Part shown: positions 24,208 through 32,000 of the stretch, one piece after another
How positions within the stretch are numbered: the first letter of the stretch is position 1
How the letters are laid out: each line of letters begins with the position of its first letter
Assembly: GCF_000270205.1 (NCBI RefSeq)
Contig: NC_015913.1
Coordinates: 630,001-662,000 of the forward strand
Direction: 5' to 3'
Source of the DNA: Candidatus Arthromitus sp. SFB-mouse-Japan
GTDB lineage: Bacteria; Bacillota; Clostridia; Clostridiales; Clostridiaceae
Length of the DNA stretch: 32,000 nucleotides
Notes under the pieces: generated by a model
Databases searched by the model: none
What the model was told of the DNA's origin: nothing
What the model saw: the letters and a program-made list of their open reading frames with translations, nothing else
Position numbers and translations under genes: made by a program

Positions 24208-24939
24208 ATGGTTGGAGCTATGAGTGATATAGGTAATCTTAGAGTTGTTAATGAGGATTATTTAGATTATTATATATGTGGTAGTTATCAATTATACATT
24301 ATTGCTGACGGCATGGGAGGACATAATGCTGGTGATATTGCTAGTAAAATCTGTGTTCGAATGATTAAAGAGTATATAATGAAAGAATATTTTGATGGAA
24401 TTGATTTGGAGTTACTTTTAAAGAATGCTGTTCAATTTGCGAATAGAGAAATTTACTTTAAGTCTTTAGAAAATAAAAAGTATAAGGGTATGGGTACTAC
24501 TCTTACTCTTTCTCTTGTTCATGGAGATAAAATTTATATTGTTAATGTTGGAGATAGTTGTTTTTTCTCTATAGGTGGTAGTGAGATAACCAAGATAACT
24601 AAAGATCATTCATTTGTCCAACAATTAATAGATAATGGTGTATTAAGTCAGGATGAAGCTAAAGATTATCCTAATAGGAATATTATAACTAGATCTGTTG
24701 GAATTAATGTTAGTGTAGAAGTAGATATGTTTATTATAGATAATGATAAGAATTTTTATTTGTTGTGTACAGATGGATTAATAAATGAGATAAATCAGGA
24801 TGAAATAGTCCCATATATAGAAAATAATAAAAATGATTTGTATAAGGCATGTAATGATTTGATTACTTTAGCTAAAGAAAGAGGAGGCAGAGATAACGTA
24901 TCTCTAATAATTTTTGGAGGCACTAGCAATGATAGGTAA
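24208..24939 (+). CDS. prpC: PP2C-family Ser/Thr phosphatase (Stp/PrpC)
   Basis: NEDY...ADGMGGHNAGDIAS...GDS...CTDGL...GGRDNVS motifs. Paired with prkC. Confidence 0.93.
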   Translation: MVGAMSDIGNLRVVNEDYLDYYICGSYQLYIIADGMGGHNAGDIASKICVRMIKEYIMKEYFDGIDLELLLKNAVQFANREIYFKSLENKKYKGMGTTLTLSLVHGDKIYIVNVGDSCFFSIGGSEITKITKDHSFVQQLIDNGVLSQDEAKDYPNRNIITRSVGINVSVEVDMFIIDNDKNFYLLCTDGLINEINQDEIVPYIENNKNDLYKACNDLITLAKERGGRDNVSLIIFGGTSNDR

Positions 24940-26911
24940 GGTAATAGGTGGCAGATATGAAATAATAGAAAAACTTGGTGAAGGTGGAATGGCTAATGTA
25001 TATAAGGCCAAGTGTAAAATATTAAAGAGATTTACTACAATTAAGATTCTTAAACAGGAGCTTACTAATGATGAGGAATTTGTACGTAAGTTTAAGGATG
25101 AGGCAATGGAAGTTGCTAAGTTATCTGATAATAATATAGTAAAGGTTTATGATATAGGAGTCGAAGATAACTTGCACTATATTGTAATGGAATATATAGA
25201 TGGAAAGACTTTGAAGGAGTACATAAGTGAAAGAGGAGTACTTTCTATAAAGGAAGCATTAGATTTTAGTATACAAATTTGTAATGGGTTGGTTATTGCC
25301 CATGATATAGAATTAATACATAGAGATATAAAGTCTCAAAATATTTTAGTTTCGAATCATGGTAATATAAAAGTGACTGATTTTGGAATAGCAAAGTCCT
25401 CTGATTCTGCCACAATAACTAATTCAGGAAAGATATTAGGATCGGCATATTACATATCTCCAGAACAGGCTCGTGGAAATTTCGTAGATTGTAGAAGTGA
25501 TATTTATTCTTTTGGTGTTGTGATGTATGAAATGTTTACAGGAAGGTTACCATTTACTCATGGAACGCCGGTTAATGTTGCGTTGCAACATATACAAGTA
25601 GATCCAGTTGAACCTATGGATATAGTTAAGAAATTACCTATTGGGATAAATAATCTTATAATAAAGTGTCTTCAAAAGAATCCTGCATTAAGATATCAAA
25701 ATTCTAAGGAGTTAAGAGATGATCTGAAAGCACTGCAAAATAATAAAAAGCACTTTGTTACAAGATGTAATATGCTTGATAAAACCACAGTTATGTCTGC
25801 AGTAACACCACCAATTCCAACTAAGTTAAAGAAAAATAATGTATTTAGAAATATTGTCATCGTTCTTTTGCTTATACTCGCTATTATTGTTTTAATAATG
25901 AGTTTTAAATTTAGTGGATTAGTTGGAAAATTTTCTGCTGATATCAGTGTTCCTTCATTTTTGGGGAAAACTGGGGTTCAATATGAGCGAGAGTTGGAAG
26001 AATTAGGTTTAAATTATAAAATTTCTGGATATGTGGAAAGTGATTTAGAAAAGAATTTTGTAGTTGATATTTATCCTAAAGAGGGAACAATAGTAAAAAA
26101 AGGAGATACGATTAAAATTGTATTAAGTGATGGAGTTGAACTCGTAGATGTTCCTAATATAGTTAATATGACTTTAGATAAAGCTAGATTGGTATTGCAA
26201 AGAGAAGGACTTACTATTGGGAATATAGAAGAAAGATTTAGTGATGTATATGAGCGTGGTGTAATAATGATTCAAAATCCTAGTCAGACTTCAAAAATAG
26301 GTAAGAATGAAACTATATCTGTTGTTATAAGTAGGGGATCTGAAACGGAACTTGTTGTTGTTCCTCAATTTGTAGGTAAGGATATAGTTGAGGCACAGAA
26401 TTTAGCTGTATTGAATGGGATTAATATAAAATTGAAGTCGGTTGATACAACTAATCAAGAGAATGATAAGAAAATATTTTATCAGTCTGTTCCAGATGGA
26501 ATTGAGATTAAGCCAACAGTTGAGATTGAGTTAAGTTATTATAACTATGTTAAAAAGCAATTTGATGATGATACTTCTCCAGATAAAGATTTAGATAAAG
26601 AACCAGATGACACTGTTGAAGATAATGTTAAAGATGAGCTTACCAGCAGTGAAAGTAATGATGAGACTGATGAAGGCAATAAAGAAAATTTAATAGGACA
26701 AAGTGAAACTATTAATCAAGAAGGTAATATGACTAAGGTACCAGATATAATTGATTACACTGTGAAGGATGCACGTGAAATTCTTAAGGAGAGTGATCTT
26801 GAATTAGATGCTAACAATTTTGATGATACAGATGTTATTAAAAAAATTGATTGCTTAGTTGGAGATGAAGTGATTTCAGGGTCGCAAATAAAGATAGAAG
26901 AAGTATATTGA
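24929..26911 (+). CDS. prkC: Ser/Thr protein kinase PrkC with extracellular PASTA repeats
   Basis: Hanks kinase motifs (GEGGMANVYKA, HRDIKSQN, DFG, SPE), one TM segment, three PASTA units, an acidic linker, and a fourth PASTA-like unit. The ATG at 24929 is 8 nt after GGAGG and overlaps the stp end by 11 nt. Confidence 0.93.
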   Translation: MIGKVIGGRYEIIEKLGEGGMANVYKAKCKILKRFTTIKILKQELTNDEEFVRKFKDEAMEVAKLSDNNIVKVYDIGVEDNLHYIVMEYIDGKTLKEYISERGVLSIKEALDFSIQICNGLVIAHDIELIHRDIKSQNILVSNHGNIKVTDFGIAKSSDSATITNSGKILGSAYYISPEQARGNFVDCRSDIYSFGVVMYEMFTGRLPFTHGTPVNVALQHIQVDPVEPMDIVKKLPIGINNLIIKCLQKNPALRYQNSKELRDDLKALQNNKKHFVTRCNMLDKTTVMSAVTPPIPTKLKKNNVFRNIVIVLLLILAIIVLIMSFKFSGLVGKFSADISVPSFLGKTGVQYERELEELGLNYKISGYVESDLEKNFVVDIYPKEGTIVKKGDTIKIVLSDGVELVDVPNIVNMTLDKARLVLQREGLTIGNIEERFSDVYERGVIMIQNPSQTSKIGKNETISVVISRGSETELVVVPQFVGKDIVEAQNLAVLNGINIKLKSVDTTNQENDKKIFYQSVPDGIEIKPTVEIELSYYNYVKKQFDDDTSPDKDLDKEPDDTVEDNVKDELTSSESNDETDEGNKENLIGQSETINQEGNMTKVPDIIDYTVKDAREILKESDLELDANNFDDTDVIKKIDCLVGDEVISGSQIKIEEVY

Positions 26912-26916
26912 TATTT

Positions 26917-26964
26917 ATAGCTTTTTAAAAATTTATGTTTAAATTTTTAAAAGCTATTTTTTTA
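26917..26964 (+). terminator. Rho-independent terminator after prkC
   Basis: Long AT-rich stem ATAGCTTTT.../...AAAAGCTAT (at least 9 bp, plus bulged extension), followed by TTTTTTT. Confidence 0.65.
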
Positions 26965-26992
26965 ACTATATAAAGTATGATGAGGAATTGTT

Positions 26993-27880
26993 ATGGTAGA
27001 GATTGGTGGAATTATAACAAAAGCTATAGATGGTTTTTATTATATATTGGTTGATAAGGAAGAGTATTGTTGTAAATCTAGGAAAAAATTTAGATTTAAA
27101 GAAATTGAACCTAAAGTGGGAGATAGAGTAACTATAAAAATAATTGATCGAAATAAAAAAGAAGGAGTTATTGAAAACATTCATAAAAGAGTTTCAGATT
27201 TTATAAGACCGCAAATTTCTAATGTTACTCAAATATTTATAGTACTATCTTATTTAGAGCCTAAGATTAATTTTGAAATGTTAAATAAAATGCTTATTAA
27301 TTTTGAAGCTGATGGAGTTAAAATCAATATAGTAATTAACAAGTGTGATTTACATACAGATGTAGATGATAAAGAAGTTGATGAATTATTTAAAAATTTT
27401 CCTTATGATGTGATTAAGATAAGTGTTAAACACGAAAATAACATAGATATTATAAAAGATAAATTATGTAATAATATATCATGTTTTTGTGGGGCATCTG
27501 GAGTTGGAAAATCAAGTTTGTTAAATAAGATCGTGGATAAAAATATAATGGATACTTCAACATTGAGTCAAAAAGTCAAAAGAGGTAAGCACACGACTAG
27601 GTTTTCACAATTGGTATATATAGATGAGTTAGATGGATATTTAATTGATACTCCAGGATTTAGCTCTGTGAATATTTCAAAACATATAGATATAGATAAT
27701 TTAAGAGAATATTTCATTGAGTTTAAAGATTATTATGAAGGTTGTAAATTTAGAGGATGTAAGCATATTAATGAAATTAAATGTAATGTAAAACAAGCAT
27801 TACAGAATGATAATATAAATAGAACAAGATATGAGATGTATGTAAAATTTTATAATAAATTTAATCAAAAGGAGAAGTAA
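26993..27880 (+). CDS. rsgA: Ribosome small-subunit biogenesis GTPase RsgA (CpgA/YloQ)
   Basis: Circularly permuted GTPase with NKCD preceding GASGVGKSS and DTPGF, plus a C-terminal zinc knuckle (CKFRGCKHINEIKC). Confidence 0.93.
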   Translation: MVEIGGIITKAIDGFYYILVDKEEYCCKSRKKFRFKEIEPKVGDRVTIKIIDRNKKEGVIENIHKRVSDFIRPQISNVTQIFIVLSYLEPKINFEMLNKMLINFEADGVKINIVINKCDLHTDVDDKEVDELFKNFPYDVIKISVKHENNIDIIKDKLCNNISCFCGASGVGKSSLLNKIVDKNIMDTSTLSQKVKRGKHTTRFSQLVYIDELDGYLIDTPGFSSVNISKHIDIDNLREYFIEFKDYYEGCKFRGCKHINEIKCNVKQALQNDNINRTRYEMYVKFYNKFNQKEK

Positions 27881-27887
27881 TTATATA

Positions 27888-28502
27888 GTGGAATGTGTTA
27901 TTTTTGGAAATGGAGGCTTTAATAAATTTGACATAGTGAATAAATTTGTAGATTTAGACAATATATTTACTATTGCTGTTGATGGCGGATGTAATTATTT
28001 AATTGAAGAAAATAGAAGGATAGATTTAGCTATAGGAGATTTTGATTCGCTGAAATATAAAGAAGTTATTTACAATAATAGACATATTTTAAAGACAGAT
28101 ATGGATTATAATGATTTAGAAATAGCTATGGATTATTGTTTGAAAAATGGATTTAAAAAGATTTATCTTTTTGGATTTACTGGTAAGAGATCGGATCATT
28201 TTCAATTTAATTTGAGAGTGATGCAGAAATTTATTGAACGTGGTTTAGATATAGTTATGATTGATGAGTTTAATGTTATATTAGGATCTATTGGCTGTAA
28301 TAATTTTGATAGGGGGTCTTATAAATTTTTTTCAATCTTACCTGTATATGACGACACTATTATTTCTATATGCGGTGCAAAGTATAATTTGAATAATTTT
28401 CATTTAAATCTTATTGATACTCTTACACTCTCCAATGAATGGATATCGGAAAAAGTAAAAATATCTTCAAATAAATTAATTTTTATTTATTTAATATTTT
28501 GA
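27888..28502 (+). CDS. thiN: Thiamine pyrophosphokinase (GTG start)
   Basis: 204 aa. AVDGG...GDFDS motif, a C-terminal TPK B1-binding-like half, and the position after rsgA that thiN/yloS occupies in Bacillus. Confidence 0.85.
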   Translation: MECVIFGNGGFNKFDIVNKFVDLDNIFTIAVDGGCNYLIEENRRIDLAIGDFDSLKYKEVIYNNRHILKTDMDYNDLEIAMDYCLKNGFKKIYLFGFTGKRSDHFQFNLRVMQKFIERGLDIVMIDEFNVILGSIGCNNFDRGSYKFFSILPVYDDTIISICGAKYNLNNFHLNLIDTLTLSNEWISEKVKISSNKLIFIYLIF

Positions 28503-28521
28503 AGATCATAAATTGATTAAA

Positions 28522-28530
28522 CATACAATA
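28522..28530 (+). promoter_or_regulatory. Mother-cell (sigmaE/sigmaK-type) -10-like element upstream of spoVM
   Basis: CATACAATA matches both the sigmaE -10 (CATACAHT) and the sigmaK -10 (CATANNNTA). It lies 52 nt upstream of the spoVM ATG. I could not find a convincing -35 element at canonical spacing. Confidence 0.35.
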
Positions 28531-28581
28531 TATTGGTAGTAAAAGTTTTTTTATTTTTGAAATTAAGGAGAGATGACAATT

Positions 28582-28647
28582 ATGAAGATTATAGCTATAA
28601 AGCTACCTAAATGTTTAGCTAAGATAGTTAAAATATTTAAAAAATAA
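28582..28647 (+). CDS. spoVM: Stage V sporulation protein M (21-aa amphipathic peptide), missed by the ORF track
   Basis: MKIIAIKLPKCLAKIVKIFKK compared with B. subtilis SpoVM MKFYTIKLPKFLGGIVRAMLGSFRKD. AAGGAGAG RBS, same position after thiN as in Bacillus, and a terminator follows. Confidence 0.85.
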   Translation: MKIIAIKLPKCLAKIVKIFKK

Positions 28648-28658
28648 GATATTTAGGT

Positions 28659-28693
28659 AATAAAGAGTGTGTATCACTCTTTATTATTTTGTT
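28659..28693 (+). terminator. Rho-independent terminator after spoVM
   Basis: AATAAAGAGTG (28659-28669) pairs with CACTCTTTATT (28675-28685): 11 bp with a 5-nt loop, followed by ATTTTGTTT. Confidence 0.75.
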
Positions 28694-28845
28694 TAAGTAC
28701 TTAAAATTATTTAAATTAAGAGTAATTTAATTTATCTTAAATGGAAAATATAATTGTAATTGACTCAATAGTAATAGTACTATTATAGTAGGCATTACGA
28801 AAAATTAATTAACAAATTTAAATATGAAAGGAAAGTGTGTAGATA

Positions 28846-29265
28846 ATGTTTAGAATTAATACAAAAGTTTTAGGGTTTGGATTGTTTGCTTTTGTATTTT
28901 GTTTTGGATCAACTAGTAGAGTAAAGGCTTATGAGAACCAAGTAAGTGAACCTTATACTTGGACAGGCCAAATGAGTAGTGAAGCTGAAGATTACGATTT
29001 AAATCTTAGAGAACAAAGAGATACTTTGTTAAAGGAAGTGCTATTCATTAATGATGATGATTTAGAAAGATATCTAGATGATTATAATTTGTTTTATGAT
29101 GTTTCTGTTCAAAAAGGTAAAGTAGAGGAAGTCGAAGATATTATTACACAATATGAAAAAGAGTATATGTATTACGAATTATTTTTGCTAACTGGAGATG
29201 AGGATTTAGCTAATCAATATTATACTGATCCTCAGATTCATTTTAGTTTTGAGAATATAATATAG
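28846..29265 (+). CDS. Secreted acidic, Tyr-rich hypothetical protein (139 aa)
   Basis: N-terminal signal peptide (KVLGFGLFAFVFCFGSTSRVKA-YE) and an Asp/Glu/Tyr-rich mature part. No recognisable family. Confidence 0.6.
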   Translation: MFRINTKVLGFGLFAFVFCFGSTSRVKAYENQVSEPYTWTGQMSSEAEDYDLNLREQRDTLLKEVLFINDDDLERYLDDYNLFYDVSVQKGKVEEVEDIITQYEKEYMYYELFLLTGDEDLANQYYTDPQIHFSFENII

Positions 29266-29282
29266 ATGATCTGTAAAGATTG

Positions 29283-29320
29283 AATCCTGTTAAATGTATA
29301 TTTTAACAGGATTTTTTATT
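29283..29320 (+). terminator. Rho-independent terminator
   Basis: AATCCTGTTAAA (29283-29294) pairs with TTTAACAGGATT (29302-29313): 12 bp perfect, followed by TTTTTA. Confidence 0.8.
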
Positions 29321-29353
29321 TAATAAATTAATATAAAATTTGAATTTATATAT

Positions 29354-29382
29354 TTTACAATAAAATATTTTTTTGGTACAAT
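29354..29382 (+). promoter_or_regulatory. SigmaA-type promoter with extended -10
   Basis: TTTACA (29354-29359), a 17-nt spacer ending in TGG, then TACAAT (29377-29382). Confidence 0.5.
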
Positions 29383-29430
29383 ATTAGGTCTGAAATTAAG
29401 GATAAATATCTATTTTAAAGGAGTGTTTTT

Positions 29431-30018
29431 ATGGTAGTATTTAGGAAGTCTATATTAGCGGGAATTATAGTTTCTATTGCTGCGTATAATTATCTGTTAA
29501 ATTATGATACATTATCAAAAATAGTATTTTCTGCTGCATTGTTAGTAATTTTAGCAATGAATTTAAATTTGTATACAAGTAAAATTGCTAAATGGTGTTG
29601 TTGTAATGAAGAGTTGACTTGTAAGGTTAAGAATATAGCTATTATTCTTTTAGGTAACTTTATTGCTTGTGTTATATTTGGATATTTGTTTTCTTTTTTA
29701 GGTGAAACTCATGCGGGATCAATTTGGGAATCCAAAATGCAGACACCGTTATTAATTGCACTTTTTAAGTCTATAGTAGTTGGTATACTTATGCAAATTG
29801 CTGTATTTAGTAAACATGATTTGGTTACTATCGGAATTGTATTATTATTTTTAGGAACTAAAACAGAGCATAGTATAGCAAATATAGTTTATATGAGTGT
29901 AGCTAGAGCTTTTTCTTTAAAGTCTTTATTTTATATTTTAATTTGTTTGATAGGAAATGCGATTGGAGGAAGTCTTGTTTATTTATTGAATAAAGATGAT
30001 AAATCAGCGTCCTATTAA
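29431..30018 (+). CDS. Compact formate/nitrite-transporter (FNT)-like channel protein (195 aa)
   Basis: Six predicted TM segments. TEHSIANIVYM resembles the FNT FEHSIANM signature with the central His, and NLYTSK sits where the FNT ELFTGN loop Thr lies. GNxIG(G) motifs occur in TM3 and TM6. Confidence 0.55.
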   Translation: MVVFRKSILAGIIVSIAAYNYLLNYDTLSKIVFSAALLVILAMNLNLYTSKIAKWCCCNEELTCKVKNIAIILLGNFIACVIFGYLFSFLGETHAGSIWESKMQTPLLIALFKSIVVGILMQIAVFSKHDLVTIGIVLLFLGTKTEHSIANIVYMSVARAFSLKSLFYILICLIGNAIGGSLVYLLNKDDKSASY

Positions 30019-30037
30019 ATTTATTATGTTTATATGA

Positions 30038-30082
30038 ATAAATCCATTAGAGAGTTATCTCTAATGGATTTATTTTTTTTTA
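30038..30082 (+). terminator. Rho-independent terminator
   Basis: 16-bp perfect stem ATAAATCCATTAGAGA / TCTCTAATGGATTTAT with a 4-nt loop, verified pair by pair, followed by TTTTTTTTT. Confidence 0.85.
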
Positions 30083-30150
30083 TTTTAGTAATTATTTAGA
30101 TAAAAAGAAAATATATATTAATCATTATAATCTACAAGGAGGAAAAATTG

Positions 30151-32000
30151 GTGAAAGATAATGGATTATTAAATGGTTTGACTAAAGAACAGGTTGAAAT
30201 AAATGTCAAAGAATTTGGCAAAAATAGAATAAAAGAAAAAAATAAGACCTCTATATTTTCTATTTTATTATCTCAATTCAATGATATTATGATTTGGATT
30301 TTAATAGTTGCAACTATAATTTCAGGTATCATAGGAGATGTTGCTGATTCAATTGTAATTGTTGTAATTATTGTAATAAATGCTATACTTGGATTTATTC
30401 AGGAATTTAGAACTGAGAAATCTTTAGAGTCACTTAAGAAACTTTCATCACCAACTACTAAAGTTATACGTGACGGAAATTTGAAAATAATAGATGCAGT
30501 TGAATTAACTATAGATGATTTGATTTTGTTAGAATCTGGGGATAGGATTCCTGCAGATGCTAAAATTATAAGAGGTGATCTGACTGTAGATGAATCTTTG
30601 CTTACTGGTGAGTCCGTAGGAGTTATCAAGACTAATAAAAATAAAGAAAATAATATTTTTATGGGAACTATTGCTTTGAAAGGTAAGGCATATGCTAAAG
30701 TTACTAATATTGGTATGAATACTGAAATGGGTAAAATTGCAAATATGCTTCAGGATATTGATGAGGATAAGTCGCCATTAAAAGAAAGATTGGAAGGACT
30801 TGGGAAGGTTTTAGTTGTTATATGCTTGTTAATATGTGCTGTAGTTACTGTTATTGGTATAGCAAGAGGACAATCTGTTACAGATATGTTTTTGATTGGT
30901 GTGAGTTTGGCTGTTGCAGCAATACCTGAAGGGTTACCTGCTATAGTTACAGTTGCTTTAGCTCTTGGTGTTTCTAAAATGCTTAAGAGGAGAGCTTTGA
31001 TTAGGAAACTTCCATCAGTTGAAACACTTGGATGTACATCAATAATTTGTAGTGATAAGACAGGGACTTTAACTGAAAATAAAATGTCAGTTAGAGAAGT
31101 TTATTTTGATGGTAAGGTTTATGAAAAAAGAGAAGCCGAAGTAGATAAGAATGAAATTTTGAAGGAAATATTTGTAGTATGTAATGATTTTAATATAAAT
31201 AAGAATGAAAAGAATTTTAAAAATCAAATAATCGCTGATCCGACAGAGAAGGCTCTTATTGAATATTATTTTGATAATGTTGAAAATTTAGTTAGTTATC
31301 ACAGTTCATTTAAGAAATTGAGTGAAATTCCATTTGATTCTGATAGAAAGATGGCATCTGTAGTTGTAAGAGATCCAAAGACTGATGAAAGTATTTTATT
31401 AGCTAAAGGAGCACCAGAAAAAATACTTTTAATGAGTAAATATTATTTACATAAAGGCAATGTTGTTGATCTTACTAATGCTAAAAGGCAGGAAATCATT
31501 AAAGAAGTTGAAATGATGTCGCTTAAGGGACTCCGATGCCTTGGAGCGGGATTTAAGAAAAATAATCTTAATGATAAATCTAATTTAGAGAAAGATCTTA
31601 TTTTTGCAGGTTTTTGTTCAATAATAGATCCACCAAGAAAGGATTCAAAGGATGCTGTTATTAAATGTAAACAAGCAGGAATAAATACGATTATGATCAC
31701 TGGAGATCATAAAAATACAGCATTTGCGATTGCTAAGGAGCTTCAAATTTGTACAGGATTAAATGAAGTATTAACAGGTGATGATATTGAAAAGATGTCA
31801 GATAAAGCCTTATCAAAGGTAATTGATTTCATAAGAGTATTTGCTAGGGTTACACCAAAACATAAATTTAGAATTGTTAAAGCATTTAAAGAAAAAGGAC
31901 ATGTTGTTGCAATGACTGGAGATGGTGTTAATGATGCACCAGCTATAAAAGAAGCTGATATCGGTATTTCGATGGGGATAGCAGGTACAGATGTAACTAA
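30151..32000 (+). CDS. yloB: P-type Ca2+-transporting ATPase (YloB/SERCA-like), 3' end cut by window edge; GTG start
   Basis: Not in the ORF track because no stop occurs in the window. My translation reads VKDNGLLNGLTKEQVEINVKEFGKNRI..., TGES (about 30604), ICSDKTGTLTENKM phosphorylation site (about 31045-31085), DPPR, MITGDH, and GDGVNDAPA (about 31918-31945). AAGGAGG RBS at 30136-30142. Confidence 0.92.
   Translation, partial: MKDNGLLNGLTKEQVEINVKEFGKNRIKEKNKTSIFSILLSQFNDIMIWILIVATIISGIIGDVADSIVIVVIIVINAILGFIQEFRTEKSLESLKKLSSPTTKVIRDGNLKIIDAVELTIDDLILLESGDRIPADAKIIRGDLTVDESLLTGESVGVIKTNKNKENNIFMGTIALKGKAYAKVTNIGMNTEMGKIANMLQDIDEDKSPLKERLEGLGKVLVVICLLICAVVTVIGIARGQSVTDMFLIGVSLAVAAIPEGLPAIVTVALALGVSKMLKRRALIRKLPSVETLGCTSIICSDKTGTLTENKMSVREVYFDGKVYEKREAEVDKNEILKEIFVVCNDFNINKNEKNFKNQIIADPTEKALIEYYFDNVENLVSYHSSFKKLSEIPFDSDRKMASVVVRDPKTDESILLAKGAPEKILLMSKYYLHKGNVVDLTNAKRQEIIKEVEMMSLKGLRCLGAGFKKNNLNDKSNLEKDLIFAGFCSIIDPPRKDSKDAVIKCKQAGINTIMITGDHKNTAFAIAKELQICTGLNEVLTGDDIEKMSDKALSKVIDFIRVFARVTPKHKFRIVKAFKEKGHVVAMTGDGVNDAPAIKEADIGISMGIAGTDVT

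Noticed and set aside
28506-28512. TCATAAA as a sigmaE -35 element for spoVM.
   Set aside because: It lies only 9 nt upstream of the CATACAAT -10 element, far from the expected spacing. Only the -10-like element is reported.
1-32000. Search by eye for CRISPR arrays, transposase or integrase genes, IS inverted repeats, tRNA/rRNA, toxin-antitoxin pairs, defence-system hallmarks and invertible promoter switches near the flagellar genes.
   Set aside because: None was found. The only repeats are the tandem flagellin duplication and a 13-mer pair, every intergenic hairpin is explained as a terminator, and no long inverted repeats flank the flagellin promoter region. A computational repeat and ncRNA scan (for example covariance models) would be needed to exclude small RNAs.

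Overview
This is low-GC, AT-rich DNA from a flagellated, endospore-forming Firmicute (Clostridia-like). No taxon can be assigned without a database search. The window divides into four blocks.

(1) 1-8.8 kb: a late flagellar cluster, flgL-fliW-csrA-fliS-fliD-(FliT-like)-(FlgE-family), followed by two tandem flagellin paralogs. The first has a sigmaD-type promoter, and both have GGA-rich leaders.

(2) 8.8-11.3 kb: sporulation-flavoured genes. These are a 64-aa Cys/Gly/Tyr-rich micro-protein, a D-Ala-D-Ala carboxypeptidase, and ytfI/ytfJ-like genes behind a sigmaF-like promoter.

(3) 11.3-15.4 kb: a probable accessory electrophile-detoxification module. It holds a textbook MerR promoter/operator, an AdhR/NmlR-like MerR domain fused in frame to an aldo/keto reductase, a second AKR, a Cys-nucleophile alpha/beta hydrolase, and an orphan ORF.

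(4) 15.4-32 kb: a conserved housekeeping array, rpiB, remA-gmk-rpoZ, priA-def-fmt-(Zn peptidase)-rsmB-rlmN-stp-prkC, rsgA-thiN. It continues with a 21-codon spoVM that the ORF track missed, a secreted acidic protein, a compact FNT-like channel, and a 3'-truncated YloB-type Ca2+ P-type ATPase, also absent from the track.

I found no CRISPR array, transposase, integrase, rRNA or tRNA, and no convincing multi-gene novel system such as a defence or biosynthetic cluster. The most unusual items are the MerR-AKR fusion, the Cys/Gly/Tyr micro-protein, an untracked 48-aa HTH-like ORF, and the nucleotide-invariant flagellin leaders. All functional calls rest on motifs recognised by eye and on synteny. 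No searches were run.
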